Positions 1 through 15,481 of a stretch of 64,000 nucleotides of DNA are shown here, in pieces. Source of the DNA: Chrysomallon squamiferum (Eukaryota > Animalia > Mollusca). Position numbers and translations under genes: made by a program. The first letter of the stretch is position 1. Every line of letters starts with the position of its first letter. Under the pieces are notes generated by a model. That model had not been told where the DNA came from, made no database searches, and saw nothing but the letters and a program-made list of their open reading frames with translations. The DNA lies in NCBI GenBank assembly GCA_012295275.1, contig CM022673.1, positions 11,780,001 through 11,844,000 on the forward strand, written 5' to 3'.

Positions 1-189
1 TTAAACAGAGTTATATTTATACAAGCTACAAAGGAAGGAGTGGTTATAATATTGCTTAAGTATTATCAAAAGCCTGAATATATTTTATGTAACTTTGAAT
101 TAATTTATATTTTTATTACATTATTATTATTATTATTTTTTTTTACAGCATGACGTTTAGATAATATGCTATGAGGATGCATACAGTCT

Positions 190-460
190 GCCCATTTTTA
201 AAATTTATTATTTTTGTAGTTTATGACGTCAAGAAAAATGGCATCTTTCATGTATCCCAGGGTTGGGTATTTTAGTGTAACACTTTATAATTATCAATTA
301 TCAAAGCTTATTCTGCATAAATACAACAACAACACACACAGTAACATCCAACCCCATTTTAAAATTTAACCAGGGTATTTTAATCATTTATGACGTCAAG
401 AAAAATTTTGCATCTTTCTTATTATCCCAGGGTTATTTAAGTGTGAAATGTACCTAATTG
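190..460. repeat. Two diverged tandem copies (~165 bp period) of a CRE-containing repeat unit
   Basis: CCCATTTT(T)AAAATTTA ... TTATGACGTCAAGAAAAAT ... GCATCTTTC ... TATCCCAGGGTT occurs at ~191-263 and again at ~353-434. Confidence 0.8.
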
Positions 461-1258
461 CCTAACCGTAATAACTGACGTATATGTGTGTTCTGGAATG
501 TATGTGTGTGTGTGTCTCTCTCTGTGTGTGTGTGTGTGTGTGTGTCTTTGTCTTTATGTGCATGTGCGCGCATGACTTTGTATATACATGCATATAAATG
601 GCAATGATATTTAAATACTTTTTAATGCTATTAAAAGCTGTAAAATAGTAATATAAGAAGAAAAGAAGAAGAAGAAAGATGGCAGGAGGTCACTGTTGTT
701 TGATTTATGTCGACCACACAGGCTGAGCATGATATCATATGCTTATGTCTTTGTTTAAAGGTCCTCCAAGGCTGCTTGCAAAATAAACAAAATAAACACA
801 ACAGCCGATGTGAATATTATGAGCAATTTTGTTGTTCCCGGCAATCTGTATTGTTTGTTTATTGTAATGTAATATGCTTTACACGTGGCGCATGACTGAT
901 GCTGTGTCCAAACCACTTTTGCGACAGCAGTGTATTTACATTAAACTTGGTAGATACCATACGCTGTTCCGATATGCGTGCATAAAGCTTAGCGATGAAA
1001 GTACACGTGACCTAGATGGTATGAATGACACACAGAATAAAGTGTGTACACAGACGCGCAGAAAACAAGCGCTAGCCAATCAGAGGGAACGTAACGTGAA
1101 AGGTTAGAGATCATGGCAAAACAGCGCTACTCTCTGCAAGCAAGGACGGTCGTAACGGGAAAGGAAGGTTGGATACCACTATGACACAGTCACTATGCAA
1201 AACCAAACAAAAAACAAACAAAAAAATGTGTCATTTCCAAATAAGAATACATGTAGTT

Positions 1259-1308
<50 letters not shown>

Positions 1309-3675
1309 AGATAAATAAAAGGATTAAGTTTTGTGCAAAAATAATCTGTTTAAAAATCTGTTGATGCATGAACCCTGATGGTTTAGAAAGACTTTAGTAA
1401 AAATAAATATGGTTATTATATAAACAATAAGAATTTATTGTAAAACTGCATTCGGAAAGTTATCTCAAAAATTAAAAACGTCTAATAAAAATTAATATAT
1501 TTTATAATGAAGCTACGTCTATCTGACATTTTGCTAAGGAATACGGTAACAATTACGTGAAGATTTCTCGACTGGCGCATGATGCAACATTTGTCCTAGA
1601 ACTAGGGCAACTATCGAAAGAGGCATTCGATCCAAAATTTTGTCCGAAAATTGGGACGACCGCCAAGCAAAGACTCGTTTATTATTAAAAAAACAAAAAA
1701 AAAAAAAAACACACACACAAAGGAGTGGAGAAAGAAAAAGAAATAAAACTTACGTGGGGGGAAATAATAATAATAATAATCATAAAATGAATAAAGTATA
1801 TGTATGCATACAAAGCTTTTTCAGTATTCTTTTTTGTTAGCGAAAGAACCACGGCTGCGAGAAATGTCAGGCTAAAAATATCTCGTGAATATAATGCACT
1901 TATTCGTGTAACTGATCAGCCGTTACGTGAATGCCCAGTAACCTCATCTATTCCTGCCAAGTAGAAAGGCCGCTATGTGAAGATCGCTTTAATTCGAGAA
2001 GTAGAACAAACTAAGCGATAACAGGCTGAATAAACAAGCTAAAAACAAGCTTCGTTCACGAACTGGAACAGCCGCTAGGCTATATTACATGGCACGTTGC
2101 TGTGTCAAACCTCTGTCGATTCGTCGGCTCTACTCTCTCTTTCTCTGTTTCTCTATTTCTCCGCGAATTAGGCCAATCGTTATGTGAAGGTTGTAGCTCG
2201 AGCAAATGCGATCTCGATCAGTAAGCATTAAAAAAATGGGGAAGTGGAACAGTCGTTGACAGAAAGGTTAAAAGACCATGGTCAAATTAAAATATTACTT
2301 CCAAAATGAGGACAAAAACGTTAAAATACTGAGGTTTTATATTTAGTGAACGTTCATCCCGGTCATTTGTTCCCATTTCCCGTCCATTGCCCAAAGTCAC
2401 TGCTAAAAGTACAGGGCCATAAATCATTTGTAATGATTATATTTTTAAAAAAAAGAAAGAAAAAAAGTACTGTACGATTAGATAACAAGTAACTGTTACT
2501 GTGAGACTATCTGTATAATAATTCCAAATACAGGTCGACAACGCAGACACTATTAAATGCGTATCTGTCTGTGCGTGTGCGTTCGTGTGGGTGTAATTGT
2601 GACAGTGACGGTGTGATCCGATGTTATCTGAGTAGTGGGCCGCAACATGACCTTAACCTTGTTGTCTGGACATAGATGGGATACTATCATGATTTCCTTC
2701 GCCCTAAGCACATTCATGTCATTGATAAATAGATTTTCGTTATATGGGTACGAAAGTTCTTATGTGTCACGCACGTACGCATATACGTGTATATACCCAC
2801 GTACACACTATACACGTTTGCACGTTCACATATAGATATATACACAAATATTACAACTCTCACTGAGATTATGAGCGAACTAACGCATCTAAATTTAATT
2901 GTGTTGAAGTCAATGTCTGAAATCGATCCTTGAAGATCTTGAAATATTAACGATAACCTCGTATTTCTGCCCAGTTTCGTAAACAAAGTATATAATTTAT
3001 TAGTATAATTATTAATCAATTTATTTTAACTGCACATTTTATTTATTTATTTATTTTTTAAGACGCCATTATAATTAAATTAATATATCATAGTCAGTTT
3101 ATCGGATAATTATCATAAGCACACAATAATAATAATAAAAATAAAATAAATGTATTTGTGCATGAACAGTGTACACATTTAGAATTTATTTAGAAATATG
3201 ATTTAAAATAATAAAAAAAATAAAATAATATAAAAAATAATAAAAAAAATAAAATGAAAAAATAAACTAACAAGCAAACAAATAAGCAAATAAGCAAATA
3301 AATAAATAAATAAATAAATAAATATTTATTTATTTATTAAATTTTTGAAAGCTAAAGTCTACCTTCTCATCCCTTAAAACTGTCAAACTAACTATATTAC
3401 ACATACTATAATTAATTCATATATAAATTTGATCGGTTATTTCAATTGAAGATGTGTTTGTTTTGATGAATAATAAACGACAAAAGAAACAAGTACACAT
3501 TTGTTAGCTTTTAAATACCTATATTTAAATAATCCATATTTAACAAAAAATTAAAACAAAAACAAAAGGAAACAAGTCGTCTTTATTTAAGAACAACTTT
3601 TTGTATATTTACATTAACACGAAAACAAAACAAAATGTCTGACTATATTAAATTACAGTCGTTAGCAAATCTTAC

Positions 3676-3910
3676 CTTTCTATATGCTTCTGTTCGCTGC
3701 GAATCCACGGCAGACGACAAACAATTAATATTACCGTCGAAATATCGTCATCAATTGCTAATGCACCCAGTGAACTTGGATACTCTAAACCAGAACGCTG
3801 TATAATTAATAGTTAAAAGTAAACTGCATAATAAGTCTTCTGCTTCCATCAAGCGTCTGCTGCAATTTGTGTTTTTCTAATGAACTAATCTTTCTAATTT
3901 TACGCGCTGA
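3676..3910 (-). other. Putative non-coding first exon of a minus-strand gene continuing toward the left edge
   Basis: Consensus donor AAG|GTAAGA on the minus strand (plus TCTTAC-CTT at 3670-3678). Non-repetitive CpG-containing sequence. Only short ATG ORFs, e.g. MEAEDLLCSLLLTINYTAFWFRVSKFTGCISN*. The start is approximate. Confidence 0.5.
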
Positions 3911-4340
3911 ACGACATGTCGGTATTTTTGACAGAACGTGGTGTTTTGCACGTCCGCACCGTGACGTCACAAAGGAATTCCCTTGCCAAGTGGATACCCA
4001 TCTTGAGCTATTTATAGCTACAATTTATCGATAATATTCAGCAGTGTAAGTTAACTTATCGGTCTGAGCTATTTGTGTTGTTTTGCTGATAAAAAAATCG
4101 AGGCCACTGCACTGAGATATTTTTTTAAAGATATGTAATAAATTTATTTATTCCCTCCACCTTTTTCACCAGATTCTTTGTTTTTGTTTTGTTGTTTTGA
4201 CACCCTTTGAGTACAACTGGCGGATTTTCCCGCGATTAATGTTTACCGTATTGTTTGGCCTTAACGTTCCCTACTGCACGTAACAGTCATGTGCCGGAGA
4301 AATTGCATCAGCGGGGTAATGTTGCTAGGCAAACAAACAA
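3911..4340 (-). promoter_or_regulatory. Promoter-like island with CRE, kappaB-like, MEF2, DRE and RFX-like motifs
   Basis: TGACGTCA 3962-3969; GGAATTCCC 3974-3982; CTATTTATAG 4008-4017; TATCGATA ~4026-4033; GGATTTTCCC 4222-4231; GTTGCTAGGCAAAC 4321-4334. Confidence 0.6.
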
Positions 4341-4502
4341 AAGAATCTGACGATGTAAATAATTTTACATATTATTATTATTATTTTATTTTTTATTTCT
4401 TTATGAGCTTTTCTGTCTTTATCAAAAGCATTTTATTGGCTTCAATAATTAAATCTTAAAAGGACACAGTGGCGAATCTAGGCGTGTTTTCAGAGGAGGA
4501 TA

Positions 4503-4537
<35 letters not shown>

Positions 4538-4668
4538 CAAAGAAGAAGAAGAAAATTAGAAGTTAAATCTTATATTATATTATGATTAATTAATAAATCT
4601 TTGATCTTTTATTGAAAATGCGTTTACAATTTTAAGCCGCACTACAAAATATGTTCTTTGTGTGTGTA

Positions 4669-4733
<65 letters not shown>

Positions 4734-5018
4734 CTGTCGATGTAAGCGTATGCTCTCTGTATAACATGAAAAGATAGTTATCCTATCACTCAGTTCTTCG
4801 CAGTTCTTTATGAAAATACGTGTTTTTTTTTTTTTTTTTCTATATTTTTCTTTTTCTCTTTTTAACTTTATCTGCTGATTGTTTACAAAGCTTACTTGGT
4901 GCATAATAGATACTTACATCAGCCAAACACCTTACTCCCATTTCTTTTTATGTGTTGGAATGTGTATGTGCGTGCGTTTATATGTGTGTGTGTGACACAT
5001 ATCATTATGCAGACAGAC

Positions 5019-5052
<34 letters not shown>

Positions 5053-5707
5053 CTGTCTGCATAATATGTGTCTGTAAACGTGTGAGTGTGCGTGTATGTA
5101 TATATACATATGTGTGTGTATGTGCGCGTGTGTGTATGTGCGCATGTATGTATGTATGTATGATATCTCTGTGTAACTTTATACGTATGTATGTGAGTAT
5201 CTGTAAATATATTTGTGGGCGTATATGTTTATATGTCTATATTTATTAATGATGCGTATATTTATGAATGAATGTATACATCTTTGTATATATGTGTTTG
5301 TATGTACCTATGTGCTTCAGTGTGTATATATATATTTATATCTATGCGTGTGCATAAATTATATTGTCATGGTGTGGTCAAACTCTAACCTCGCAAAATA
5401 TTAAGAAAAAAGAAAAAAAAAAGAAAAAATGAAAAAGAGAGATAGAGAAAAAAGTAATAATTACAGAAAGTAAAGACATTCTCTCATGTATAGATAAGAA
5501 TGACATGTAACCCTGCAGTTCACTGACTGAATAATAAATGAGGGGTAATGGAAAGGGTGGGACAAGTATTGTGTCACTGTGGCAGTCACGTTAGGTATGT
5601 CCTACTTTCAGATGACGCATATGTCATGTGTTGGTCTTTATAAAACATCCCATTTAATAAATTTGATTTCAAGCTCCAGTTGGGATGTATCCTATGACTC
5701 GCCCACA

Positions 5708-5750
<43 letters not shown>

Positions 5751-5855
5751 GAGAGTTACCTACACTATAATGTGCATGTTAATAAACACTGTTTATGTTT
5801 TCTATGTGCTATGATGTCGTTAGACTTTTTTTTGGTCAGTAATAATTATAATAAT

Positions 5856-5977
<122 letters not shown>

Positions 5978-6646
5978 TATTATTATTAATATTATTATTA
6001 TTATTATTTTTATTGTAAGTACAGCATGTGCTCTTCAGTAGCCATTATACTGAAATGTAGTGGGTTACTTTAGAAGTCTTTAAATAATTTAAACCAAACA
6101 CTTGAACAGTCGATATTCAATCACTGTTTTCTCTTGTTTAAATAAAATAAAATTTAATATTTATTTTTTAAATGTTATTTTATAGTTATATACCTAGAAT
6201 TTATTTAAATATTATTTATCATTTAATAGATACTTTATACATTTAATGTTTATTTATTCGCTAATATGTATCTGGTCGTTTCTATCAATAAATTTATAAA
6301 AAAAGAAATTTAACGGTTTGTGCAAATTGACTAAGAAGACTGAGTTATCGTACTCCGTTTGATAAACTATTTTTTTTTATGAAATTTAAATGGTTTAATT
6401 CATTTCTATACAGACGACTTCTTTTCCGTTGCTGTGATTGTTGTTATGGTGTTGTTCTTGCTCTGAGCAACTAAATTATGGAATCATTTAAAACAAGGAA
6501 TTACTTTCTTTCTTTCTTTCTTCTCTCTCTCTCTTTTTGTTTCTTTTTTCATTCCTTTGCTTTTTCATCGTAATCAGCAACAACAAAAATAAGACAACAG
6601 TGATGATACGACGACGATGATGATGATAGTAGTAGTAGTAGTAGTC

Positions 6647-6697
<51 letters not shown>

Positions 6698-7609
6698 ATA
6701 AATATAAATGAACGAACGAATGAATAAATAAATAAATATCACTTCTGTATTTTGTAATATTATCTATTAGTCAGGGTTTACATTCTTTTTCATATGAGTA
6801 ATATGTCAAACTAACAGGTACTTAATAACCGTCTGCTTTAAAATATATCAAAATGTTATTTCAATTTCAATTCATTTCTGCAACGCCATTTCTTTAGTGT
6901 GTAGTTAAAGGGAAATAACTCTTAAATGATTGTTACCTAAGTACGTCGTTTTTATTCAAAATGAAACATTCATTGTCAGTTTTTCTATTCATTAATTTGC
7001 TCTAAGTTATAAAGTTTAATTAAAAATTAAATCTTCGTTTTATTATTCGTCTTCCGACACCACACAACAATACAAAAAAACAAAACAACAACAACAACAA
7101 CAACAAACAACAAAACAAAACGAAACAAAAACTAACTAAACCATTAAAAACCCCAGTGAAACGAACTACACAAACCAAATGAAAAGAAAATCCCAAGTGC
7201 AATCTCAAAAATAAATAAACAACAGTAACAAAAAAAAAAAAAAAAAAAAAAAATAACAACTAACAAACCAAACCAAACCTAACAAAACAAAACAAAACAA
7301 AGAAGAACCAGGGAAAGGAAAGGAAAGAAAGAAAACAAACAAACAAACAAAACGCACAAATTCAAAAATACTTATATACAAATATTATTATTATACATTT
7401 CTGTTTTGTTCCTGTCCGTTGCTATAGTGTTTTAAAATAAAATAGAACAAATATCATCATCATCATCATCATCATTATCATATTATTATTATTTTATTAT
7501 TTATACTGTTTTTGTTTTGTTTTTTTTTTTCTGTTGTTGTTGTTATCATCATCATCATCATCATCATCATCGTCATCATTATCTTTAATCATTCGTTATT
7601 TCATTTATT

Positions 7610-7980
7610 CATTCACTGTACGGCTCAGACTGTATAAGCCATTATTAAACAAAAGCGTTACGGTAACGCAATACGTAATGACTACGTCACTTCGTATTAT
7701 CCGCGGAGTTGCCGTTAACCACGTCTCGAAACGGGATATAACTTGAGGCAACGAACACGGTACTTAAACATGACATCACTAAATGTGATGCGCATTCCAA
7801 TATAAATATATACGGCTTGCTATTTGCGGACAAAAATAGCAAATTTCTGATCATTTAGCTATAAACGAGATAGCCGGCATGACGAAAATAGACGGAAAAA
7901 AAATTGATTTGTCTTCCGTGTGATGCGTTCCTGGTCTCGGTTTTTTAGCCACTCAGATGCGCGTAAACAAAACGTACTGC
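7610..7980. promoter_or_regulatory. Enhancer-like CpG-containing island
   Basis: Abrupt rise in CpG and complexity between microsatellite blocks; CRE half-sites (ACGTCA, TGACATCA, TGACG); MEF2-like CAAAAATAGC and TTTTTTAGCC. Confidence 0.4.
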
Positions 7981-8121
7981 TGTTACACATTATATTTAAT
8001 TATTATAAATTGATAAAAATAACCACTAAAGTTGATGATATTTCCAGTTATTTGCAACAATGAATTTACATTTATTTTCTTCATTGTTTTTCTTTCTTTA
8101 ATTCTTTCGATCGTACTTACA

Positions 8122-8223
<102 letters not shown>

Positions 8224-8508
8224 GTTTCAGGCAATAAAATAAAGCCTAAAATATACACTAACAATGATTTATATTTCACGCCATGAAATGCGGAAATAAT
8301 AGTTAATAATATTTATGTATTTATTTTGGTCGACAGGCTATTGTGTTTCAGAAATAATGCCAATTTCATGTACTATTAGACAAATTTAATATTTGAGGCA
8401 AAGTGAAAAAGAATAATAATCATAATAATACACACACATATAGATTTTTTTTATTTCCTCCATTAACTAAATATGTGACTGACTAAACAAATTAATAAAT
8501 GCATATAC

Positions 8509-8539
<31 letters not shown>

Positions 8540-8723
8540 ATATGCTTAAAGATAAAAATAAATAAATACTTTTTTTTTTAATTAGTCAATAGAAATAATG
8601 TATTTATTACGACTGTAGCAGGTATATATATAGGAATAGGGTTAAAAAAAAAAAAAAATAGGAAGAAAGAAGAAAGGAGAGATAAATACAACACCATCAA
8701 CAACAATAATGAAAAAATAATAA

Positions 8724-8777
<54 letters not shown>

Positions 8778-9472
8778 CCATGGTATATAAGTATATAGAT
8801 ATTATCTTAAAACATATCTTATCGATAATCGTATTTCAAATATTATTACCAGAAGTGGGTTTCTACTTTAATTTTGTTATAGAAAAGACAGAACGAAGGA
8901 ATGAATGAAAGAATGAAAGTAAGAAAGAAGGAACAAGTCTTTAGTGATGTTTCAGCACAAATTTACGCAGGCTGTTAAACGCTGTGTTGAGTTAGGTATT
9001 AAAAATGTCTGTTTAAAATTCGAATAAATAAATAAAATGTGCACAAACGCAGTTAAAATAGAATGTATACCGTTGCTTTAAATACTATCACATATTTGGT
9101 ACTTTAAAATGTGTTATGAAAATTGTGTCCTTTAAAAATATAGTCTCCCCTTCCCCCAACCCCCCAAAAAAAACAAAAAAAAAGCAACAAAACACAGGAC
9201 CAAAAAAAAAAAAAAAAAAATAATAATAAATAAAATAAAATAAAAAATAAAATAAAAAATAAAATAAAATAACAAAAATGGTAAAATTAAAATATAAAAT
9301 AAATAAAAAAACACAATAAAAAACAAAAAACAACACAACAAAAAGCAACAACACAATTACAAAAATCAAGCAACAGCGACGACAACGACAACAATAACAC
9401 CTACAGCACAAATATCCTGAGAGGAAAACAGAAAACAAAGACATCAACAACAAATAAAACAACAAATATCTC

Positions 9473-9517
<45 letters not shown>

Positions 9518-9690
9518 GAAACAACAAAAACAAAATCTATATTTTTACTTTTCAGCCATCTCCAAGAAACAATATTATGCTTTAAAAATAATATTTTTGA
9601 AAGATTCCCAAAAAACCCGTCTTGTTTAAAAACTGATGAGTTCATGTTATTTATCTTGTATAATGTCACTGATGATAAAACTGATAATGG

Positions 9691-9728
<38 letters not shown>

Positions 9729-10299
9729 GCGATAATAATATTTATATTCTTGGTGCTGTTAGTGGTGATAACTGATGTTGATTTTATACTCACAGGTAAA
9801 AATAATATCAATAATATAGTCATAACAACGACAATGACGATGATGATAATGTAATATTATTAATATAACTGGAATGCGTAGCAGCAGTAGTCGTTGTAAA
9901 CGTGGTCGTACTAATAATAGCAGTAGTAATAATAATAAAAGATGAAGATTATGAGTGATGATGATGTAATATAATAACAGTAGCTGAAATCATTCTGTTC
10001 AGAAGTTGTTGACAACGTAGTAGTTGTTGTTGTAATAGTAGTAGAAATGTAACAGTTACAATAATAATAGTAGCGACTAACCTAGTAGAGATAATAATAT
10101 AAGAAATACACGCAGCAGTAGTAATAATGGTAGTCGTATAGTAAAGGTAGTAATAAATAACATAATAGTGATAATGTTAGCAACAGTTAGTAATACTAAT
10201 AGTGATAGATCTTGTTATAGTTACAGTAATGATAATACTAATAGTAATAACAATAGCAGTATTAGTGATGGGCGTACTATAGTAATGATTGTAATAATG

Positions 10300-10343
<44 letters not shown>

Positions 10344-10527
10344 TTATTATTACAGGTTTTTTCTTTAGAGTATTAGTAATAATGGTGTAATAATTATAGT
10401 AGTCGTAGTAATAGAAATAGTAGTAATAATAGTAATAGCAGAATAACTGTTGTAATAGTGACAATAATAATTAATGATGGTGTTGATAATAATAATAAAT
10501 GCAGTGCAATATTAATAGTAGCATAAT

Positions 10528-10583
<56 letters not shown>

Positions 10584-11037
10584 TAAATAAATATATAGTA
10601 TGTGTGTGTGTGTGTGTGTGTGTGTTTGTGTGTTTCTGTGTACAAATAGAAACAATAAGAACACAGAATAAAAATCATGAAAAAAATAAAAAAAATATAT
10701 ATAAATTTGATTATACATGGAAACAAAAAAAACAACAACATGAAAAACAAAATAAATGATATAAACATTAAGTTGCCGTCCCTAAGTCTGGCTGGTGAGT
10801 ACAGAAAGAGATCGCGTTAAAAGTGCACCGAGATAAACAAGCAGAAACTCGGGATTTCCTTATCAGCCTTTTTAACAGGATGACGTGGTCAGGATTTCAC
10901 TCAGTTACATTTTTATCACGTAATTCTGATATCCTATCTTTTAACTTGCTGTTTACACGATACTGCACTAACACACGCACGCATACACGCAAGCGTGTGT
11001 GTGTGTGTGTGTATGAGTTTGTGAATTTGTGTCTGTA

Positions 11038-11075
<38 letters not shown>

Positions 11076-11076
11076 G

Positions 11077-11149
<73 letters not shown>

Positions 11150-11925
11150 TATAATTGTAAAAATTAATAAACATTATATTCAAACACATGTACACATATA
11201 AGTACATACAAACATACATATATACAAACTTACATGTATGTACATATAAACAGGCAGACAGAGATACATACATACAGACAGAAATATGGACAGACAGGTA
11301 GACAAATGGAAACTTAAAAACATAAATAACATTTTATATACGATTTAATAATCTGATTGTTGTTACGTTTTCACACTTTAATGTATCTGTCAGATGAAAA
11401 TAACTACAAAAATAAGTTGCAACTTACGCGCACGCACGCACACACAAATATTCACACTCACATACAAAAACACACACATATACACACATACGCACACATA
11501 CATTTCCTACACTGCATTCAATACGTAAGGCACCTGTATACACATTTAAGACGTGTTATGATTATAGAATCAAACTTTTAGTAATTAATGTAAAACACTG
11601 GCGTCACTGTTCACTTCTAGACCGCTATCCTGAGTAATAACAGACAGACAGAAAACATACGTAGTAGATATGCAGTAGATAGGTAGTTTTGTGACAGAGA
11701 TGGACAGTACAGATGAAGAGAGATACATAGATTATATATATAGATTAGACAGATGATAGATGAATAGAAGATAGATAGATAGATATTTAAAGATTGATAT
11801 ATAGTGAAAAATAAATAGATAAATATAGATTAGACGGTTATAGTCACACAAGCACGCACACACGCACGCACATGCACACACATATATATATAGAGAGAAA
11901 GAGAGAGATAGATAGGTAGATATAA

Positions 11926-11967
<42 letters not shown>

Positions 11968-12488
11968 TTAGTAGGTATATAGTTACTTTTAGGACGTGAT
12001 ACTATACATAGAAGGTTGATAATTTAAGATATGAAAATAGATAGTTAACGGTAGGAGGTAGAAATATTTTACTAGGCAGATCTTGTAATTATAGGTTTAC
12101 AAATAGACGTAAACTGATAGTTATTAAATGCTGGAGGTAAATTAGCTAGGCAGATAATTGCATATGGACAATTACAGTTAATTATCGAGATACAGCTATG
12201 TAGATATAGCTATGTAGATATAGTTATTTGTAGGGAGGTAATTCGTTACTTGGTAAGTATATAATTATACAGGTAAATATTTACAGATAAATGTATAGTT
12301 ACCGATTGTTATAGGTAGGTAGGTATTTTGGATATTTTGATTAAGCGAGATAGCTATATTGATTGATAGGTAGCTAGTTAAATATAGGTATCTATATATT
12401 TATAGGCTAGTGTTATATATATATATGTATATATATCTATATATAAATATATATACACACACACACACACACACATTATACATATATA

Positions 12489-12537
<49 letters not shown>

Positions 12538-12580
12538 TATACATACATACATATATATTAACTTATATATATATACATAC

Positions 12581-12623
<43 letters not shown>

Positions 12624-12739
12624 AATGTTCTTAGGTATATACTGATAATTTAATATTGATTGTATACTACTAACAGGTCAATTTCTAAAGGTACGCTGTT
12701 GGATACATTAAAAGATTACGTAAATTAACGAACGACTCT

Positions 12740-12790
12740 GTAACCTACTGACGTCAGTCTATTGTCAAATGACTTATAATGACGTCAATG
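12740..12790. promoter_or_regulatory. Pair of perfect CRE sites
   Basis: TGACGTCA at 12749-12756 and 12780-12787. Confidence 0.5.
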
Positions 12791-13557
12791 AAAGAAATAA
12801 TGGCAGTTTAACACTTCATTTGATATATTTTATTATTAACGGTTATTAAGAATCTCCATATGTTTTCTCAATAATGATCACATAGGAGAAAAACAACCAC
12901 AACAGCAGCAGCAACAGCAACAACACAACAACAACAAAAGAATAAAAAAAGAAAAGAAAAAAAAAAAGAAGAAAGAAGAAGAAACAAATAACAACAAAAA
13001 AATAAAACAGCGTAAGAGTATACATAAACACAAATGATGTAACAGGAAAAAAACAAAAAATAAAAAACCCACAAAAAACACAAACAATTCCAGAATAACG
13101 TATCACTATTTTTATTTGCAATCAAAAATAGACGAACATTACTTCTATTTATACCCGTACGAGTTACGGTTCTTTTTCGTCTTGGTTTTTCGGGCAGGAC
13201 CGTCAATCGAATGCGTCCCGATATTCCCATTGATTAGTGTGCCGTGTGTGTGTGTGGCTAAATGAATGAGCAAGTGCCGTGGCGAACAGAGCCAAAATAA
13301 CCTCTATCGATTCTCTCTGCCATTGAAGAAGGACATGATGAAACCATGGCGCTGGGAAGGTCCCAACCAGCTTGTAGTTGTAACGTGAATGAGAGCGCTG
13401 AAGTCTGAACGCACAGTCTCGTTCCTAGCGTATTTCGTCTGCTCGATTTTAGGTTAATACTTTTATCGTCTGCACTGAATTTAGCTGCATATATTTTGAT
13501 GCTTTCAGATATTCAAGGACTTAATGTTATAAGAGGAAATTAAAATTAAAATATGTA

Positions 13558-13621
<64 letters not shown>

Positions 13622-14029
13622 GATAGATAGATAGATAGATATGTATTTATGTATGTATGTATGTATGAAAACCACTACAGTTTAGTTTTATTGATTGATT
13701 TGGCGTAAGTGTGTGTTTTTCAAAAGCAACGAACTGTTCAGTATTTATCTGGTTTTTAATTTTTAATTTTCTTTCGTATAAATAAATAAATGCTGGAAAA
13801 TCAAATAGAGATATTTACCTAAACATCGGGATTTATTTAGCTAATTAATAATAAATAAGCTTTTAAAAATATATATATATATTTTAAAATTTTCTTATCT
13901 CTATTTTCGTGTCATGTTTTTTTTTTTTTTTTTTTTTTTTTTTAGATTTTTAAGATTTTTTATTATCATTATTTGATTGCACCGATCTAACAGTTACAGA
14001 TAAAATATTGTTCCGGGCACTGCTTCCAA

Positions 14030-14260
14030 ATTAGGACCTTCTAAAAATAGACGGTTACCAATGAGAACATGAAACGGTTTACAGAAAACAGACTATGGCC
14101 TGCCTCAGAATTACACTATATCAAAAGTTGGGGTTTGACGTTAAAAGATGGGGTCGTAACTCCTTGATGACGCCCCTCTGCTCATGACGTCAGTGTCGCT
14201 ATTGGCAACCGTCCAATCGTTTTACGTCACGGCTGTTCATTCCTTCACCATTTACGGCAT
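14030..14260. promoter_or_regulatory. Enhancer/promoter-like island with MEF2, CRE and CCAAT motifs
   Basis: CTAAAAATAG 14041-14050; TGACGTCA 14185-14192; TTACGTCA ~14222; additional TGACG half-sites; ATTGG and CCAAT at ~14201-14218. Confidence 0.55.
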
Positions 14261-14451
14261 TTATTAGACTTCGTAAATCAAATGTTGTGTATCTGAAAAA
14301 CAGAAACCATATTATCATTATTGCTGAATCAACGAGGGGGAAAAAAAAAAGGAAGAAGAAGAAGAAATAAATGAATAATAGTAATCAAAAAATATATGAA
14401 AGAAAAAAGTGAGACAATAATAAAGGTGCATGAAATTAAAGAGTAAATAAA

Positions 14452-14494
<43 letters not shown>

Positions 14495-14930
14495 AAAAAA
14501 TAATTTCATTTTTTTTGTTTTTCATTTTTGTTTAACCAATGTACAAGTTTTAAAGAACATCTGATGAAATAGTGGTTTGCACTTAAATGGATCCAGATTT
14601 AAAATGATTCCTGTTTAGTTTAAGATAGTAAGGTCAACGTTTTACACAAGGTGATGATTAGGTCATGATGACCTGTAGATAGTATTTTCTACGTTTATCG
14701 AAGAGACCGATCTAAATGATATCGTCGATCTAAATGATGTCGTCTATCACACGATGAAGATGTAACGAAGTCATAGCGTGTAGTCGTTCACTTGTAAAAT
14801 GTACATTATTGAGAAATATTGTGTATGTGTGTGTGCTGGCTATGTTTTGTCCGTCTTAGTCTTTGATTCTTTCTCTTTGTCTGCGTATCTCTCTCTCTCT
14901 CAGTCGCTATACGGCTAGATATGCCACCGC

Positions 14931-15100
<170 letters not shown>

Positions 15101-15381
15101 ATGGCCTCTCTAACTATATATATTTCTATCTCTCTGTCTATCTTTCTGTGTCTGTCTCTCTCACAACCTCTCTCTTTGAATCTATATTTCTATCTGCCTA
15201 TCCATACGTCTCTCATTTCCTTTCTTTGAATTCTGACCCTGCTTTCTTACTTCTGACTTCTGTTATTACAGACTCCATTATCTGCTGGCTTTATTCTATT
15301 TTCTGCTCTTAAACTTTCTATCATCACCATCATCACTTTCATAATTATCATCCTCGTTCATCTCACTGGAGTAGTCATAAT

Positions 15382-15481
<100 letters not shown>

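Noticed and set aside
707-1107. Two non-repetitive plus-strand ORFs (62 and 77 aa)
   Set aside because: No recognisable domain or splice/promoter context; more consistent with an intronic regulatory island containing CACGTG E-boxes
13351-13380. Resemblance to miR-133 (GGTCCC...AACCAGCT), tempting given the MEF2 sites
   Set aside because: The seed and central bases are missing and there is no precursor-length hairpin; no miR-1 partner seen
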